Origin: a virus
Taxonomy: Duplodnaviria; Heunggongvirae; Uroviricota; Caudoviricetes
IMG/VR virus record: IMGVR_UViG_2778261537_000016
Coordinates: 1-16,241 of that record
Reading direction: 5' to 3' (one strand)
Length of the DNA stretch: 16,241 nucleotides
Below the pieces are notes generated by a model. It had not been told where the DNA came from, did no database searches, and saw only the letters and a program-made list of their open reading frames with translations. This document shows, one piece after another, positions 14,544 through 16,241 of this stretch; position 1 is the stretch's first letter, and the number at the start of each line of letters is the position of its first letter. The position numbers were made by a program, and so were the translations under genes.

Positions 14544-15352
14544 CACTTCACCTCTTGTGATGGTTTTGCTGCAAAATACTCGATACCTTTATCCCAGATA
14601 GATTTTATGGTCGACCACGTGACTGGCACTTTAATTTCAATACGTCCGCTCCCGTCACAGGTATCGCAATCATCATCGCCAAAGCATTCCAGGCAGCTTA
14701 TAAACGTAGTTTCTGAAAATTCACCGGATAGCGCCCCCTTAGCGCCGTTCTCGGCTGTTAGTCTCTTCGGCACCATAACCCAACCATCCGGAGTTACCGG
14801 AGAGTTGCCAGACAGTGCGTTCTGCAATCGTTCCAGCTTAACGTATTCCTGAACCCTGTTTCCGTCGCACGCCTGAAGCCATTGCACAGCCTTTTGCGCA
14901 TCAGTGTGAAAGGCACAAGTGCGACCGTCATCAAATTGCATTTCGTAGAGGTCAGCAACCTGTTTAAACTGCGTTTGTGGCAACTTGTAAGCCTGGCTTG
15001 CAGGTACGGCACCATAGAGCATGGCAGCGCGGCAGGCGTTCCAGCCTTCATCAAAACCGACTATGCCATTATTTAAAGACGGACGAGCATCTGGCACCAC
15101 CGGCACTGGCTTGGCTATATATAGCGGCTGAACATACCAGCCCTTTGATAACCAACTGTCAGCAATGTTTTTACTCCTGGTTATTGCCGGAATACCTAAG
15201 CCATTGTCTGAATGCAGCCATGCCACCGGATCCTCTTCCAGCGATGCCAGAGCAATTTCATAAGCACGGCGCTCAACATTGTCTCGCACGTCCATGCTGC
15301 TGATTCGTTCTTTGATTTCTTTAATCAGTTCTTTATCGGTAAATGTGGTCAT
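14543..15352 (-). CDS. Hypothetical prophage early protein (269 aa) with a C-terminal Cys-rich motif
   Basis: Operon member with coupled start and stop. C-terminal CLECFGDDDCDTCDGSGRIE resembles a small zinc-ribbon (CxxC...CxxC). No other motif recognised. Confidence 0.55.
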   Translation of the reverse strand: MTTFTDKELIKEIKERISSMDVRDNVERRAYEIALASLEEDPVAWLHSDNGLGIPAITRSKNIADSWLSKGWYVQPLYIAKPVPVVPDARPSLNNGIVGFDEGWNACRAAMLYGAVPASQAYKLPQTQFKQVADLYEMQFDDGRTCAFHTDAQKAVQWLQACDGNRVQEYVKLERLQNALSGNSPVTPDGWVMVPKRLTAENGAKGALSGEFSETTFISCLECFGDDDCDTCDGSGRIEIKVPVTWSTIKSIWDKGIEYFAAKPSQEVK

Positions 15353-15714
15353 TATGCTCCAGCCTCCGGTGCTTTTGGCATTACTGCCCAGTGAGTGATG
15401 TTGACGTTTTCAAGGTCCCCGACCTGAAATGTCCACTGCCATTCTCCGGTTTCTTTTTGCCCCCATGTATACCAGAGAGAACGCCAGCCAATCAGCCAGC
15501 CTTCTCCATTAGCATCAAATAACAGAACACTTTCATTCGCTGGCGGCAGTTCAGCTGACACTGGTATTACTTTGTTTTCCAGTGCTGCACATTTAGCTTC
15601 AAGCGCATTAAATTTACGCACCAGGTATTCAGCATCCGTTTCATTCACTTTCAGATCTCGCGGTACACATTTCCCGCGAAGAAATCCTTCCATTTCGAAA
15701 ACATTCATGCGCAT
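15352..15714 (-). CDS. Hypothetical prophage early protein (120 aa)
   Basis: ORF with GGAG upstream of the ATG at 15714. Trp-rich C-terminal half (GWLIGWRSLWYTWGQKETGEWQW). It overlaps the upstream gene by 10 nt. Confidence 0.5.
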   Translation of the reverse strand: MRMNVFEMEGFLRGKCVPRDLKVNETDAEYLVRKFNALEAKCAALENKVIPVSAELPPANESVLLFDANGEGWLIGWRSLWYTWGQKETGEWQWTFQVGDLENVNITHWAVMPKAPEAGA

Positions 15715-16241
15715 TTGCGTAACTCCGATAATTCGTTAAAGCGTTCCATAAACATCCCGTAGGCATGGCCTGGAGCCAGTGGAATCACGTTGAACATCTC
15801 TGTTGCCGGGATACCTTCCAGTACAGGCCAGAAAGAGCCATCATCAAGCCCGAGATCGCGGCGTTCGGTTGCCAGCATGATGAGATCGGCATATTTCACG
15901 GGCGTACTCATAACCGGTGGTAACCCGTATTTCTCACGGATTACGGCGTCTATTTTTTCTTCCATCCGTTTATAGTCAGGAAGAAGGCGTTTCAGTGGTG
16001 CGGGAATGTCCTGGCAATACGCTTCTGTTGCATCATGCATTAACGCTTCAAAAGCAAATTCCTGCGGCACCAGCTGGCTGCAAAGAACCGCATGTTGGGC
16101 GACGCTGTAGAAGTGCGAAAGATGACCGGCAAAGCGACAGATATTTGAAAGGGAAACCGCGATATCGTTAATATCGATGTCGTCTTTATTTATCCTGTCA
16201 TAATAAAAATGCTTCCCGGAAAAAGTTTTAATAAATGACAT
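15705..16241 (-). CDS. HD-domain phosphohydrolase, YfdR-like 5'-deoxynucleotidase
   Basis: 178-aa ORF whose ATG is at the window edge (16239-16241). HD-domain signature (H...HD...D): SVAQHAVLCSQL, ALMHDATEAYCQDIP, ADLIMLATERRDLG. Length and N-terminus match my recollection of E. coli prophage YfdR. The upstream promoter is outside the window. Confidence 0.7.
   Translation of the reverse strand: MSFIKTFSGKHFYYDRINKDDIDINDIAVSLSNICRFAGHLSHFYSVAQHAVLCSQLVPQEFAFEALMHDATEAYCQDIPAPLKRLLPDYKRMEEKIDAVIREKYGLPPVMSTPVKYADLIMLATERRDLGLDDGSFWPVLEGIPATEMFNVIPLAPGHAYGMFMERFNELSELRKCA

Noticed and set aside
13840-16171. Plus-strand ORFs across the lambdoid operon (13840..14034, 14259..14534, 14607..14852, 14882..15076, 14977..15303, 15212..15394, 15790..15975, 15917..16171) and nested minus-strand ORFs (13997..14194, 14794..15054)
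   Set aside because: They overlap a translationally coupled minus-strand operon whose members have motifs and RBSs; no independent support.
1-16241. CRISPR arrays, tRNA or rRNA genes, IS transposases
   Set aside because: No regularly spaced direct repeats, no cloverleaf-like tRNA candidates in intergenic regions, and no transposase-like ORFs or terminal inverted repeats were seen.

Overview
This window is a mosaic prophage region of enterobacterial type. Positions 1-12470 are the left arm of a defective P2/186-family prophage: tyrosine integrase, CI-like repressor divergent from an Apl/Cro-like and CII-like early operon, four small early ORFs, a Dam-type methyltransferase, rolling-circle replication protein A, an SOS-box-controlled small ORF at the tum position, an Ogr/Delta zinc-finger activator, portal Q and a terminase large subunit that has lost its N-terminal part at about 12440-12470. 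The main hunt result sits between the repressor and the integrase (1097-3625): a tightly packed, visibly AT-rich three-gene cassette encoding a protein with a C-terminal two-helix membrane anchor, a GNAT-like protein with an uncharacterised C-terminal domain, and a small ASCH (PUA-like) protein. I do not recognise this as any named defence system, and its position would let it be expressed from the lysogenic promoter. To the right of the truncated terminase is a second foreign module (12645-13635): a YafO-family toxin-like gene preceded by an atypical 179-aa partner with a signal-peptide-like N-terminus instead of a YafN-type antitoxin. It is followed by a fragment of a lambdoid early-left operon (PrtN-like regulator, DEDDh 3'-5' exonuclease, two hypotheticals, HD-domain YfdR-like phosphohydrolase). 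No rRNA, tRNA, CRISPR array or transposase was seen. All calls rest on reading the ORF translations and motifs by eye; no database search was run, and coordinates of short motifs may be off by 1-2 nt.
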